The position numbers were made by a program, and so were the translations under genes. The notes beneath the pieces are model-generated. The model saw only the letters and a program-made list of their open reading frames with translations. It was not told where the DNA came from and ran no database searches. Positions 1-10,558 of a stretch of 64,000 bases of DNA are shown here, in pieces. The first letter of the stretch is position 1. Each line of letters starts with the position of its first letter. The DNA comes from Chara braunii (Eukaryota > Plantae > Charophyceae): contig BFEA01000001.1 in NCBI GenBank assembly GCA_003427395.1, positions 10,423,030-10,487,029 on the forward strand, given 5' to 3'.

Positions 1-1
1 A

Positions 2-35
<34 letters not shown>

Positions 36-46
36 AGACACAGACA
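1..46. repeat. (AC)n / (ACACAG)n microsatellite
   Basis: Visible dinucleotide run at the window start. Confidence 0.9.
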
Positions 47-1419
47 CCGACCTTTGTACAAAATTCGTTGAAGAGTCCTACGCGCCGCTATCGTCTAGAG
101 ACAACCTTTGCATGTGGTCATAAACTCACTAGCCTTACAAATGAACCACATGCTCGTCTACATATGCACAGAACAATCTTTCCTTTCATCGTGGAAAAAG
201 ACGCGTGGAGCCCGGTGCGTCCTCTCCATCACTAACATTCGCCCCGCCAACAATCCCTCCTCTGCGCTATAACGAGTTATTGAACCCCTTATCCGACGGT
301 GGCTGCCGAGCAGGGAGTGAAAGAAATACAGGTCGGAAGACTAATTAATCCAAAACAAACACAACACCCTATCAACTAATGATAAATCAGTGAACGATAA
401 ACAGACACAAAACGCCAGGCTAGCTAGTTCAGACCCAACGCGAACCAAATCCACATTTCACCCACACCCGCTCCTACACATTCACCCACTACTTTCCCCC
501 GTGCACGCACCCTCTAAACTCGGCTGCTTCCAGGAGCCAATGCTTAAATACCGAAGAGGTGCTGGCTGAGGGCGCCAGAAATCCAGCAACTCGATTACTT
601 GAGGAGAGAGAGGGGGGGGGGAGGGAGAGGAGACTTGCCGGGATCTCCACTCCTGAACTGAGCGGCTTCTCCATTGACAGAAAACGCCGTAGGAGAGTTG
701 TGCGCGCGCGAGAGAGAGACAGACAGACAGACAGAGAACAAGGTGGTGATTGCAACATGCTGATTCACTGAGACATGGGGAGGGTGTTAATCCGCACCCG
801 CCTGCCACAAGGACTCGGTCATTCGTAGAGGCCGTTTAGACAAGAAATCAGCAGGGGAACAGGAAGAGGAAGAATAGCAAGTGCTTTCCAGGACAGGCAT
901 CAGGCATTGTAAGTCCAGGACTCCAGGCTGCAGGATTAGATGGCCAGAAACTTCATCGCTCTGTCGCCGGCTAGCCGGCCAATCTGAAGATGTGAAGAGA
1001 ACAGACTGAAGTAGCCTGAAAAAAATGTGCTTCCAAGGGCTCTCCCGTGTCTGCTCGATGCGACAGACAGCCGGGGAAGGTCGCGTGGTACGAGAGCAAT
1101 CAGTGGCAGCTGGAGCCTGATGGGCAGACAACACAACATTTCGACAAGTGCAAGGTAGGCTTCTCAACAGCATAGAAAGGCTTGAGCGAGAGGTAGCTAG
1201 AGAAGAGAAGCCGGATGAAGAATACGCAGAGGTGCACAAGGAAGCAGAAGAGAGAGAAAAGAGAGAAGGGGGGGCAAGGGGCGGAGGGCGGGAGAGACAA
1301 AGGGAAGAGAGAGAAAGGAAAGCAAGGAGAAAGAGAGAGAGAGAGGACGAGGCGCCGGGCAACCGCTGTGCGCGAATACGCGAGGAAGGAGAGGAGAGAA
1401 CGCCCTAATTTTTCTCAAT

Positions 1420-1603
1420 CCGTTCCGTTAGGAACGCCACTCTCGCCGCCGTCTTTCTTCACGCGATAAATGCGCATTATTTATTCTTAGGAGGAATTTG
1501 ACCTCCGTTCCGTTAGGAACGCCACTCTCGCCGTTCCGTTAGGAACGCCACTCTCGCCGTTCCGTTATGAACGCCACTCTCGCCGTTCCGTTAGGAACGC
1601 CAC
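1420..1603. repeat. 26-bp tandem repeat CCGTTCCGTTAGGAACGCCACTCTCG
   Basis: One copy at ~1420-1448 and about four tandem copies at ~1505-1603. Confidence 0.9.
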
Positions 1604-2041
1604 TTATCAACATTGAAACAGGAAAAATGAAAACGAATCGTAACTCCTCGAGCTCGTTCTAGCCTCCAGGAAGAAGAAATAAAACAAAAAGAACAAAAAG
1701 AAATGAGTCGACACTCATAGTTATCAATGCAAGCCGCCTTCGCAAGCGGCCAATCAGAAAGTAAGCGAAAGAGGGGACAATGGTCCCAAAAGGGGGCGAG
1801 GGGAGGAACCCGCAGATCAGACTTTCAAATCAACGGAGATGATTTGTGGACAAGTCCACACAACTTCCGGACATGCAGGAAACTGCCGACATTAAATGGC
1901 CAAGCTCATATCCATGCAGACGAGTCCTCCACACTCTCTGCAATAAGAGTGAATGGAAGCATGCCAGGTGTCACTCAGGCTGCCAGATTCTTCCACCTAC
2001 CCGACAACGAAAAACAGGCAGAACAATCACAGCGCCATAGA

Positions 2042-2139
2042 TAGAGAGAGCGAGGAGAAAGAGAGAGTGAGAGAGCGAGCGAGAGAGAGAGAACGAGCGA
2101 GGGAGAGAGAGAGAGAGAGAGAGAGTGAGAGAGAGAGAG
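2042..2139. repeat. Imperfect (GA)n microsatellite
   Basis: Visible GA run. Confidence 0.85.
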
Positions 2140-2773
2140 TTTCCATGCTTTGGTAGCGCGCTGGACACCTGCCCTTTCACGCATGTAGACCCCTCCCCTC
2201 TGCTGAGCTCCTCCCCATTTCCTCTCCTCCTAGACCATCTCGAACGCAGCTGGAACGCAATCTCCCTCTCTACATTCCTTCTTATCCTTCTTCCCTCTCC
2301 ACTATCGTAGGTCCCTTTCCCCCTGCAACCTCTCCCTCCCGTTGCAAGCATATTCATAGTGCCATTTCCCCTCCTCTCCTCTCCTCTGCCATTTCCCCTC
2401 CTCTCCTCTCCTCTCCTCTCTACTATCCCCTCTCTCAGAGCGCAATCACAATGGGTTTCCGACGTGACAGGTCCGCGGAACTGCTACATGAGAAAACAGG
2501 TTGTGGACAAGGTGGACAGACAGATTAAATCCAACGTCGCCCCTCGTCGCCGTGAGCACGACGACCCAGAGAGATTACTGCCATCACGAACCACATGGTG
2601 AATTGCTACAAGGAGCGGCAGGGATGCTCGCTCACCTCTCCCTACTTGCATTCCCTGCTCTGTCAACAAAACCACTAGGCACCATACCCCACACGGCTGC
2701 ACAGCTTTGCTGCTTGAGAAAGAAGGTCGAGTGTCCTAACTGTGTGCGTACCAGAGAAACAAATTGGAGTCTT

Positions 2774-3245
2774 GTGAGCTACATTTATGGTTATCAATCA
2801 TCGTCTTCCTCAAGGCCTGTCTTTCTCCTCTGCCCTTTCCGTATCCTCCTCCTCTCAGTGCTTCCTGGTACCTCATTGCCCACGATCATCCACCTTGACA
2901 TCCATCAGCAGAGGAAGGACAACGAAATAGGTTAAAAGTCTAATAAGTAAAGAGGGCAATAGAGAGAGGTAGGTAGGTAGGTTATCGGCTGTCTCTAGAG
3001 CAGGCACGAGTGAAAGCTACATTTGTGGCTATCAACCATCGTCCTCCTCAAGACCTGTCTTTCTCCTCTCCCGCCTTCCGCATCCTCCTCCTCTCATTTC
3101 TTCCTGCTACCTCGTTGCTCCCCCCCCCCCCGATTGTCCACCTTGACATCCGCAGAGGAAGAAGAGATAGGGCAACGAACGACATAGATTACAAATCTAA
3201 TACACTAAGTAAAGAGGGCGCCAGAGGTAGGTTCTCGGCGGTCAC
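2774..3245. repeat. Diverged ~235-bp tandem duplication just 3' of the NAT stop codon
   Basis: 2774-2996 (gctacatttatggttatcaatcatcgtc...taagtaaagagggc...ggtaggttatcggc) aligns with 3010-3245 (gctacatttgtggctatcaaccatcgtc...taagtaaagagggc...ggtaggttctcggc). Confidence 0.85.
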
Positions 3246-6082
3246 ATGCCGGTACACCTCGCCCACTGAAAGTATCTACCTAAGCCGAAGGGAAGCGCAT
3301 ACTCGTCACACAGCGAGTCCATGACCTCCTTTGATTCGTGTCGGTGAGCCCACTGGTACACACCGCGGTCATCTTTGGAGCCTGGAACAGTGTTGTCCAG
3401 AAGCAGGGCAGCCGACAGTGCGACCAGCATTGGCATACCCAAGTAGGCATTCATGACGGAGCTGATGGCAGAGGACTCGAGTTGGATTGGCCGATCATAC
3501 TGAGAGCCCTGAGAGGAGGTCTGCGTGACCCACTGAGGAATGGCGAAACCTGCGTACAGAGCTAGAGCCATAACGGTCATGTTCTTAGGATTGCTAACGT
3601 TGACGAACTTCAGGTTGAGGAGAGCGAAAGAGATGACCTGGACAAAGGCAATGCAGAGAAGGCCGCCAACGATAGGCTTAGGAATGATGGCCATGAGGCC
3701 GCCGACCTTGCCACAGAAGGAGATGATGACAAGGACACCGGCACCGAACTCCACAGCATGACGACTGCCGACTCGGGAGGCCCCCATGATGTAAACGTTT
3801 TCGGCGAGAGTGGTTGATCCCGCGCCTGTGCCAAAGAGCCCGGCGAGGAGGGTGCAAAAGCCTTCCACTAGGATGCCACGACTAACTACGCCCCGAGGAG
3901 GAGCATGGGTGGAGGAGAGACGCGAGGAGGCGTAGTAAGACGAGACGGAATCGAGAATCGAGACGAGAGTGCCTGCTAGCATCATGAAGATGTTATAAGG
4001 ATGAAATGTGGGAGTGCCCCACTGCCAAGGATAAGGCGCGTCAATCCATTTGACAGAATCGAGGGTGGTAGAGTTGCTCGTGCCGCAGTAGGATTTCCTC
4101 AACCTCTGTTCGTTAGAGCACTTTCCGTCGTCGCAATTGTAATCGTACGTCCCAAGTAGGGTGAGTACCATGGCATACACCCAAACGATCACGAGACCGA
4201 AAGGCATCGCGTAGATCCGAAAGACGCGACTGCCTGCAAGTTCGACCTTCCTCAGATAAAGCATAAAGATGAGAACAACACCTATTTGGACTAGACCGAC
4301 CTCGGAGCAGGCGGTGGCGGCGGGAAAACCGTACCTGAACCTTTCGAGCTCGGGAGAGGAGTCAGGCAACTCTGTAGGGGAGGGAGGAAGTAAGCCCGGG
4401 AAAGCCTTCGAGAGAGTTTTCCCGACGAAGGTGAGTCCAATGGTCGCCATGGTGGCAGACACCACGACCGGCGAGATGAAGCGTAGCAGGAGAGACAACA
4501 GGCCAGTGGCTCCTAGAATCATCTGCACGACGGACGACGCAATCACTCCGCCTTGAACGGCTCTCATCGTCTCTTCGAAGAGCTTGCCTTCTGCACCGGA
4601 TTTCTTTTCATGGTGCGCCGCCACCAACAGAATCGGCATCAGATAGGCGAAGGACATGCCCTGAACGAGGGGCAAGCGCGATCCCAGCGTAGTCTGCAAA
4701 AGCGTCGAGATACCCGTCACCAGAAGGGTGGTGGAAATCACCTTAGCTAGGTCCTTCTCGTCGCCGCCCATGGCCGGAACGACAATGTGCGGCAAGAGAA
4801 CCAGGGAGACGAACAGCGAGACGAAGTGCTGGATGCCGTACCAGAAACATGCGAGCACTGGCTTCGTGTCCGTCAGCATGAGCGACATTTGCCCCTCAGG
4901 CTTGCCCTGACCGGGTGCTGCTACTGCGCTACCGGCCCCAGCACCCGCTCCTGCCCCCGCTCCCTCTTCTGGTACGCTGCCGCCCAGGCTCGCCCCCGAG
5001 GCGGTGGGCGGCGCATTGGACGCGCGCCCGCGGCCAGGGACCCCGCTGGCATCGTGCGGAGACTCCGCCTCGAAGCTGTCGCTCCCGTATATGTGACCCT
5101 GGTAATCATCGTCGAAATAATCCTCGCCATCGCTACGCAGCGCTACCTGATTCGGGGCGACGTGAGAATGGGGGGGGGGGGCAGAAGCAGCAGGGTACCG
5201 CTCGCCCTCACCCGCCGCTACAAACGGCCGCTGCCCGGCGGACGGCGGCTTCCTCATCAGGGCTTCCATCATCATCATCTTCCGCGCCCTGCTATTCATC
5301 CCCACGCCGCCTCTCATCCCTTCATCTGTCGGGGTCGTGACCTCGCCTCCAATCCCGCCGCCGCCTCCGTCGCCGCCACCGTCGCCGCCGGCCCCCCGAC
5401 CATCGTACGGCGACATCTGATATGCCGGCATGGGCGTCGTCCCCACCGCGCGGCTCCTGTCCTCCACCGCGATAGTAATGCGCCGGTCATCCACTACGGC
5501 ATCACGGCTCGGACTGAGTTTCTCCGCTGGCAGCGCCCGAGCACCCGACGGGGAGCTAGAGGGAGTGGCGACATCCCTAGAAGAGGAAGGGTTGAGACGC
5601 TCGATGGGGGGCGGAGTGTTAGACTCGGCGGCACTTTCTCTGGGAGAGAAAGGCGAGTGAGCGGCCATAGAATCGGCAGTGCCCAAACCACCGAGAGTCA
5701 TAGCGCTCCCTACACGAGGAGTTCCAGCACCAGAACCAGGAGGAGGGAGAGGGAAGTCAGGGACAACGGCCATCTCCCCGCTCCCACTTGGGCTGGATGT
5801 CGCCAAACTAGGAGGAGTTCTGCTGACGGACATAGACTTCGTCGACATTGGAGTGATGGGAATGTCTACCACCACGGCATTATCCGGACGGCGACCTCGA
5901 TGCGGCCACGATCCAGGACGCCTTCCCATCTGAGCAGGGTCAAGCGAGGCTCTAATAGGAGGTGATTCCCGCGGAGGCCATGGACCAGGTCTACGTGGCG
6001 GATCGTCCGCCGCCTGAGCTCGCTGTGATGGATGTCTTAGCGGCACTCGAGGCAGAGGTTGTGGCCAGTTCGTCCTATCCAT
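3242..6082 (-). CDS. Nucleobase-ascorbate transporter (NAT/NCS2, xanthine/uracil permease family), NAT11/NAT12-like, single exon, 946 aa
   Basis: Family motifs YGIQHF, TLLQTTLGSRLPLVQGMSFAY, MRAVQGGVI, RFISPVVV, PYPWQWGTPTF, RGILVEG, signature ENVYIMGASRVGSR and LLDNTVPGS. The Cys-containing loop (YNCDDGKC...YC) and long disordered N-terminus resemble NAT11/12. The ORF is uninterrupted. Confidence 0.95.
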   Translation of the reverse strand: MDRTNWPQPLPRVPLRHPSQRAQAADDPPRRPGPWPPRESPPIRASLDPAQMGRRPGSWPHRGRRPDNAVVVDIPITPMSTKSMSVSRTPPSLATSSPSGSGEMAVVPDFPLPPPGSGAGTPRVGSAMTLGGLGTADSMAAHSPFSPRESAAESNTPPPIERLNPSSSRDVATPSSSPSGARALPAEKLSPSRDAVVDDRRITIAVEDRSRAVGTTPMPAYQMSPYDGRGAGGDGGGDGGGGGIGGEVTTPTDEGMRGGVGMNSRARKMMMMEALMRKPPSAGQRPFVAAGEGERYPAASAPPPHSHVAPNQVALRSDGEDYFDDDYQGHIYGSDSFEAESPHDASGVPGRGRASNAPPTASGASLGGSVPEEGAGAGAGAGAGSAVAAPGQGKPEGQMSLMLTDTKPVLACFWYGIQHFVSLFVSLVLLPHIVVPAMGGDEKDLAKVISTTLLVTGISTLLQTTLGSRLPLVQGMSFAYLMPILLVAAHHEKKSGAEGKLFEETMRAVQGGVIASSVVQMILGATGLLSLLLRFISPVVVSATMATIGLTFVGKTLSKAFPGLLPPSPTELPDSSPELERFRYGFPAATACSEVGLVQIGVVLIFMLYLRKVELAGSRVFRIYAMPFGLVIVWVYAMVLTLLGTYDYNCDDGKCSNEQRLRKSYCGTSNSTTLDSVKWIDAPYPWQWGTPTFHPYNIFMMLAGTLVSILDSVSSYYASSRLSSTHAPPRGVVSRGILVEGFCTLLAGLFGTGAGSTTLAENVYIMGASRVGSRHAVEFGAGVLVIISFCGKVGGLMAIIPKPIVGGLLCIAFVQVISFALLNLKFVNVSNPKNMTVMALALYAGFAIPQWVTQTSSQGSQYDRPIQLESSAISSVMNAYLGMPMLVALSAALLLDNTVPGSKDDRGVYQWAHRHESKEVMDSLCDEYALPFGLGRYFQWARCTGM

Positions 6083-6314
6083 CCTCCTCCTTCCTCCCTC
6101 CTACCTCCTCCCTCCCCCCTCCACCCTCCTCCTCCTCCTCCTCCTCCTCCTCCTCCACCTTTCGCTTCTCTGTACTGTCTAGTCGCCTGCCTCCTCTTTC
6201 TTCGTCAGTCTGTCGCGAGGGCCCGCACGTCACCTCTAGCGTTATCCTCACCCCCACACATCAACTCCGCGCCCCGACGCTCCCCCAGATTTCTTACGCC
6301 CTCGTCCCACCCAC

Positions 6315-6317
<3 letters not shown>

Positions 6318-6387
<70 letters not shown>
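6318..6387. repeat. (CT)n microsatellite upstream of the NAT start (likely 5' UTR/promoter GA tract)
   Basis: Pure TC run about 240 bp upstream of the ATG. Confidence 0.9.
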
Positions 6388-6394
<7 letters not shown>

Positions 6395-8245
6395 CACTCG
6401 GGATATCTCTCTCCTCCGTTCTCTTCAACTCTCCTGTCGTCTCGGGTTGCGCAGCTGGCAAACCGAATAGGAGATCATCACCGTTTAGGGTACCGCACCC
6501 CTCCTCCGTCTCCACCTCCGTCTACAGCTCCGTCTCCATCTCCGTCACCGCCTCCACACGGGCGGTCCTGGGCGCACGATCGTCTCGGACGTAAGGGCGA
6601 ACTTTTCGGACGCCCGTTACAACGGTCGGCAAGGGGCGCACCGGACCGGACTAGAAGGTACGGGCCCCAACCCTCCAACCCGGCCTCTCGGACACTATAC
6701 GTCGACGGTCAGGTCAGGTCCCGTTCGGTTCCCGTCCGGTTTTTGCTCCCCCCTGCAATACGCTGACCTGACCTGCAACCGCTCAGTTCGAACCCCGATC
6801 TGGGACTACTATTACACTTGTCGCCCGAATAAATCGCCCAACTATTCTTCTGACTGACTGTATTGAATGCCAGCTGAGCACACGCAAAATCGTCACATGC
6901 GCTCTGACCCTGTGTGTGAGGTTCATCCCCCTCCAACTCCTCTCTGTTCTGCTTTATATATATTTCCTCTACCTGCTCTGCCTACTGTGTTACCCCGCTG
7001 ACTGATCGGTGATCTGCTATTGCTTGCAGACAGACTCTGCAGGGCGGCCAGACCTTGGCCACATCATCATACCCCGCCGGATCTGTGTAGTATATATAAA
7101 CCGAACGGCTGATGAAAATGGATGTGTCAAGGCAACCACTGGTCCGTCATCTGTTCTTCTTTTTGGCCTTTTTTTTCTCTAAAGCGAACAGCCCTACACC
7201 TTGCGCCGTCGGGTTTCGAACCGAGGATCTCCTAATTGACGAACATTCCCTAAGAGGCGGTTACCCCGCCTTTTCGACTACACTTTTCAACTTCGCAATT
7301 CAAAAAATCAAAAAGAGAGAAGTGGATTTCGTATATTCTTACCGTGTCAACCTGTCAGTCGACAATCAGTGGAGCGACTCCCCACCCGACTCGTCTCCCG
7401 ATATCCTGCAACGGACCCTAAGCGGTTTGTCTTGCACTCCAGAACCAGAAACGCGCTCGTCCTGTTCCTGTTTCTTCCCCTCGTTGGACTCCAGAGTTGA
7501 CGCGACGCTACTTTTTGTTGTTTCTCTGCTGAGAAGTTCAGAGGCGACAACAATCGCTTGCAACGTTTCACGTACGTACGGCGCAGCGTTTCATCTCTTT
7601 TATTTTATTTTATTATTATTTTATTATTTTATTTTTTTGGGAAGGCAGCGTTTCCTACGCGTACGTGACGGAGGTTAAGGGCCTATGGTAGCTGCACGCC
7701 AGCATTTTGAATGCATCTGGATAATGTCGAGTCCAAATGCTGGCGGGTAGTGCAACTAGGCCCTGTGTCAGGCTGTGTGTGTACGGACCGACTACCCAGC
7801 CAAGAGTTTTTTTTTCTTTTTCTTTTCAGGAAACAACCCGGGGCCCAGCTTCGGTTTAACAGCGCTCTAAGTTTGCGCCTTCGAGGGAGGGGCGCGTCGG
7901 TTGGCGCAGTTTTAGCGCTCTAAGTTTGCGCCTTCGGCCGGACTGGCCGAACCGGCCTCACGGGTCTTCACCGCCATGATGAGAACCACGTGTGGAGAGT
8001 GTCGTCTCGCTCGGTAATTTCCGAGCAAACCTCCCGGCAGGAGAGGGAGACTGTCAGTCTAGGTCGGCCCGGGTGATTCACTTTACTGTTGTGTGCGGGA
8101 TGTTCGTGGTGTTGGGCGCTCGCCAGTAGGCGACCGCCTCTCAGAAGTGTCATATGCATCATATGTAAGTAGTTACGTGAAGGAGCAGAGGGCGTAAGTA
8201 GAACGGAGTAGAAGCTTAGCCTTAATTGCATCGAGGAGGCGAAGG

Positions 8246-10558
8246 ATGGCTACGTCAGGGGCAATTGCTGGTTCAAGTGGACGGAGAATTGACAGGTNGC
8301 CACCAACAGGGTCGGAAGTGCCAGAGTCTGAAGACCAAAGGATGAAGCAGCTCATTGCAAAGTGCTATGAGGACGGCATCTTCCCGACGGAACTGAGACA
8401 AGGCAAATTCATTACGGAGAACGGAGAGCGCATATTCGTGGTGGATGACCGAATTGGTGAGCTAACTACTAAGTGGCTCAAGGAGCGCACTGTAACGATA
8501 ATCTTCCAGGGTGAGGCTCGCTCTCTACCAGCCAAGATAAGGGAGGATCTCGTTCGAGCCTACGAAAACGGATGGACGAGATCGAGGACATTCTCAAGGC
8601 AAGTCAAACGAGGGAGAGTGCACTCGGAGGGTCCTAACGTTATGTCATATGTCGCCATGCAGCAGGAGGTGGCAGATTGGATGATTCGGAAAGCGGAAGA
8701 CAAAGTTATTATTAGAGGAATTGAATACAAAATGCTATTTAAACCATGGCTGACGCGCCGAGAACTGGAAGAAAGAAGAAGAATGGAAGATGCTTCCAAA
8801 TTCTGGGTGATGGCTTTACGTGTCCCTCTGCGTGCTATGTTACCAGTAACGGGTATGGTGCAACAGGCCATGGGTAGAATCATGAACGTGATTCCCCCAC
8901 AACCGGATGCAACCAGACCGAAACTGATGAATTTAAAATTCAAACTGGTTCCGGAGGCAGAAAGTGCTTTTGTCTCGCTCTTACCTCTACGCCTGGAAGA
9001 CGGTGAAACGATTAATATAGACTTTGTCTGTAAACATACGGCATGGTGTGATCGTTGCCGCTGGTGGTTTCATACGGCGACAGATGGCTGCCTGAAGCTT
9101 ACACAGCAGGAAGACGAGCAGGGACGAAGAGCACCATCATCGGACCATTATTTGGCAAGAATGTGGCAGGAACCAAGCGTAGCAGCACAGGGAGGAATAC
9201 GAGAGGCGGCACGAAACTTACCAATCGAGATAACTCTAGACGCCGTAGCCGAATCGTCCTTGAGAGGGGGCAGAGGTGGAGGTCAACGCAGAAGGTCATC
9301 TCCGGCCATTTCAGCGGCGACAGGACAGCCAGTGTTCGGCAACCAATCACAGTCCGCAGTCCCTTTCCAGGCGCAATACACCTCAGGAGGACTTCATCCA
9401 CCAGCTCACCAGGCAACACCATCTAATTGGGGAGCGTCAGGATTTATGCCCCTGGGAAATCTACAGCTGCCACGGTCACAATCAGGACAAGATGCAAGAG
9501 GTGATCCGCAAGGTTCATTTATTCCAGGAGCCGCAGATTTCCCGTCTGGACATGGGGAATACCCATGGCATCCTGTCATAGTCGAAGCAGCGGGGATCTT
9601 GGCCGCAAGGATGGGTCAAAACACCCTTGTTGGTCAGCCTCAGCAACAGTATCTAGGGGGGAATGGTTTTGCCACAGGAATGTCGTCGGGAGTGTCAGCG
9701 TCAAGGGAACTGACGACAGTTTTTGAAGACGGTCACGGAGGAGCCCAGAGCGGTGGATCTCGACTTGTTGATCGGAGGGTGCGGCTTCCTAGAGGAGACG
9801 GGATTAAAAAAAACGAGAGATCGGCGTGCTCTGAAGAAGTTCGCAGCCTGAAGCCCCGACCACAACAAGAGAGAGTAGAGTCAAGCGACTCGGAGGAGGA
9901 ATCGGATGCAGGCAACGGAGGGGGTATAGAAGACGAAGAAGTAAGATCGCTGGTAGATATTCACGAAGGAGCTGATGCAAGGGCAAGGGACGTTGTTGAC
10001 ATGGAGACGAACTATCTTTTGCCACTGGTTTGTACGCTTCAAAGGGGTGAAATTTTTGTAGTAGGTCTCAGATCAGTTGAGAACCAATTGAACCTTCCTG
10101 TTAGCAGTATCTCCGAACTTCCCTCATGCTCTTCTGTAGTAGAGAGGGTGTCGAGCTTGTTTGCTCAGAGATTCATGTTTCGGATTTTTCCAGAGGATTC
10201 CTTAACCAGGTTGAGAGTGGATCTGCCCCAAGGAGGGAGTATCAAGTACTCTGTGGCCTTAATTGACGCTCGCTTGGAACCGGATCAATGGCAAGGGTTG
10301 TGCAACGTAGGTTTATTTGCAATCCCGTTGAGGATTCTATTGGCGGATCATCAGAAGGAGCTAGAGCAAGTGAGTATAGAACCCAATCAGACGGCTTCCT
10401 TCTTACTGAATCTGAACGGGGCAATGCTAAGGAGAAGGAATTTGACGTCAGCCTACTTTGCGGAGGTTCTCAGCACCAGATGGCCTGATGCACTCTTCAA
10501 TCAAGGACAAATCCGATCTGTCGGTGTCCAACAGCCAGGACTAAATGGGGAAGCTTAA
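8246..10558 (+). CDS. LINE ORF1 (770 aa): RRM/DUF4283-like N-terminal part, CCHC-like knuckle, low-complexity linker, extra C-terminal globular domain
   Basis: Open frame directly upstream of ORF2, overlapping it by 14 nt. Contains LFKPW...FWVMALRVPL and the knuckle CDRCRWWFHTATDGC. Confidence 0.85.
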   Translation: MATSGAIAGSSGRRIDRXPPTGSEVPESEDQRMKQLIAKCYEDGIFPTELRQGKFITENGERIFVVDDRIGELTTKWLKERTVTIIFQGEARSLPAKIREDLVRAYENGWTRSRTFSRQVKRGRVHSEGPNVMSYVAMQQEVADWMIRKAEDKVIIRGIEYKMLFKPWLTRRELEERRRMEDASKFWVMALRVPLRAMLPVTGMVQQAMGRIMNVIPPQPDATRPKLMNLKFKLVPEAESAFVSLLPLRLEDGETINIDFVCKHTAWCDRCRWWFHTATDGCLKLTQQEDEQGRRAPSSDHYLARMWQEPSVAAQGGIREAARNLPIEITLDAVAESSLRGGRGGGQRRRSSPAISAATGQPVFGNQSQSAVPFQAQYTSGGLHPPAHQATPSNWGASGFMPLGNLQLPRSQSGQDARGDPQGSFIPGAADFPSGHGEYPWHPVIVEAAGILAARMGQNTLVGQPQQQYLGGNGFATGMSSGVSASRELTTVFEDGHGGAQSGGSRLVDRRVRLPRGDGIKKNERSACSEEVRSLKPRPQQERVESSDSEEESDAGNGGGIEDEEVRSLVDIHEGADARARDVVDMETNYLLPLVCTLQRGEIFVVGLRSVENQLNLPVSSISELPSCSSVVERVSSLFAQRFMFRIFPEDSLTRLRVDLPQGGSIKYSVALIDARLEPDQWQGLCNVGLFAIPLRILLADHQKELEQVSIEPNQTASFLLNLNGAMLRRRNLTSAYFAEVLSTRWPDALFNQGQIRSVGVQQPGLNGEA

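Larger units (their letters stand above)
1..1612. mobile_element. Probable terminal part of an LTR running off the left window edge
   Basis: Ends in ...CACTTATCAACA at 1612 (TGTTGATAAG on the - strand), a TG/CA-type terminus preceded by subterminal tandem repeats. No partner LTR or TSD is visible. Confidence 0.4.

Noticed and set aside
4787-5965. 392-aa + strand ORF and other ORFs overlapping the NAT gene
   Set aside because: Antisense shadows of a GC-rich coding region with no motifs.
7196-7275. tRNA gene on the - strand (GGTTCGAAACCC B-box-like)
   Set aside because: No convincing A-box, D-arm or acceptor stem; at most a SINE-like relic.
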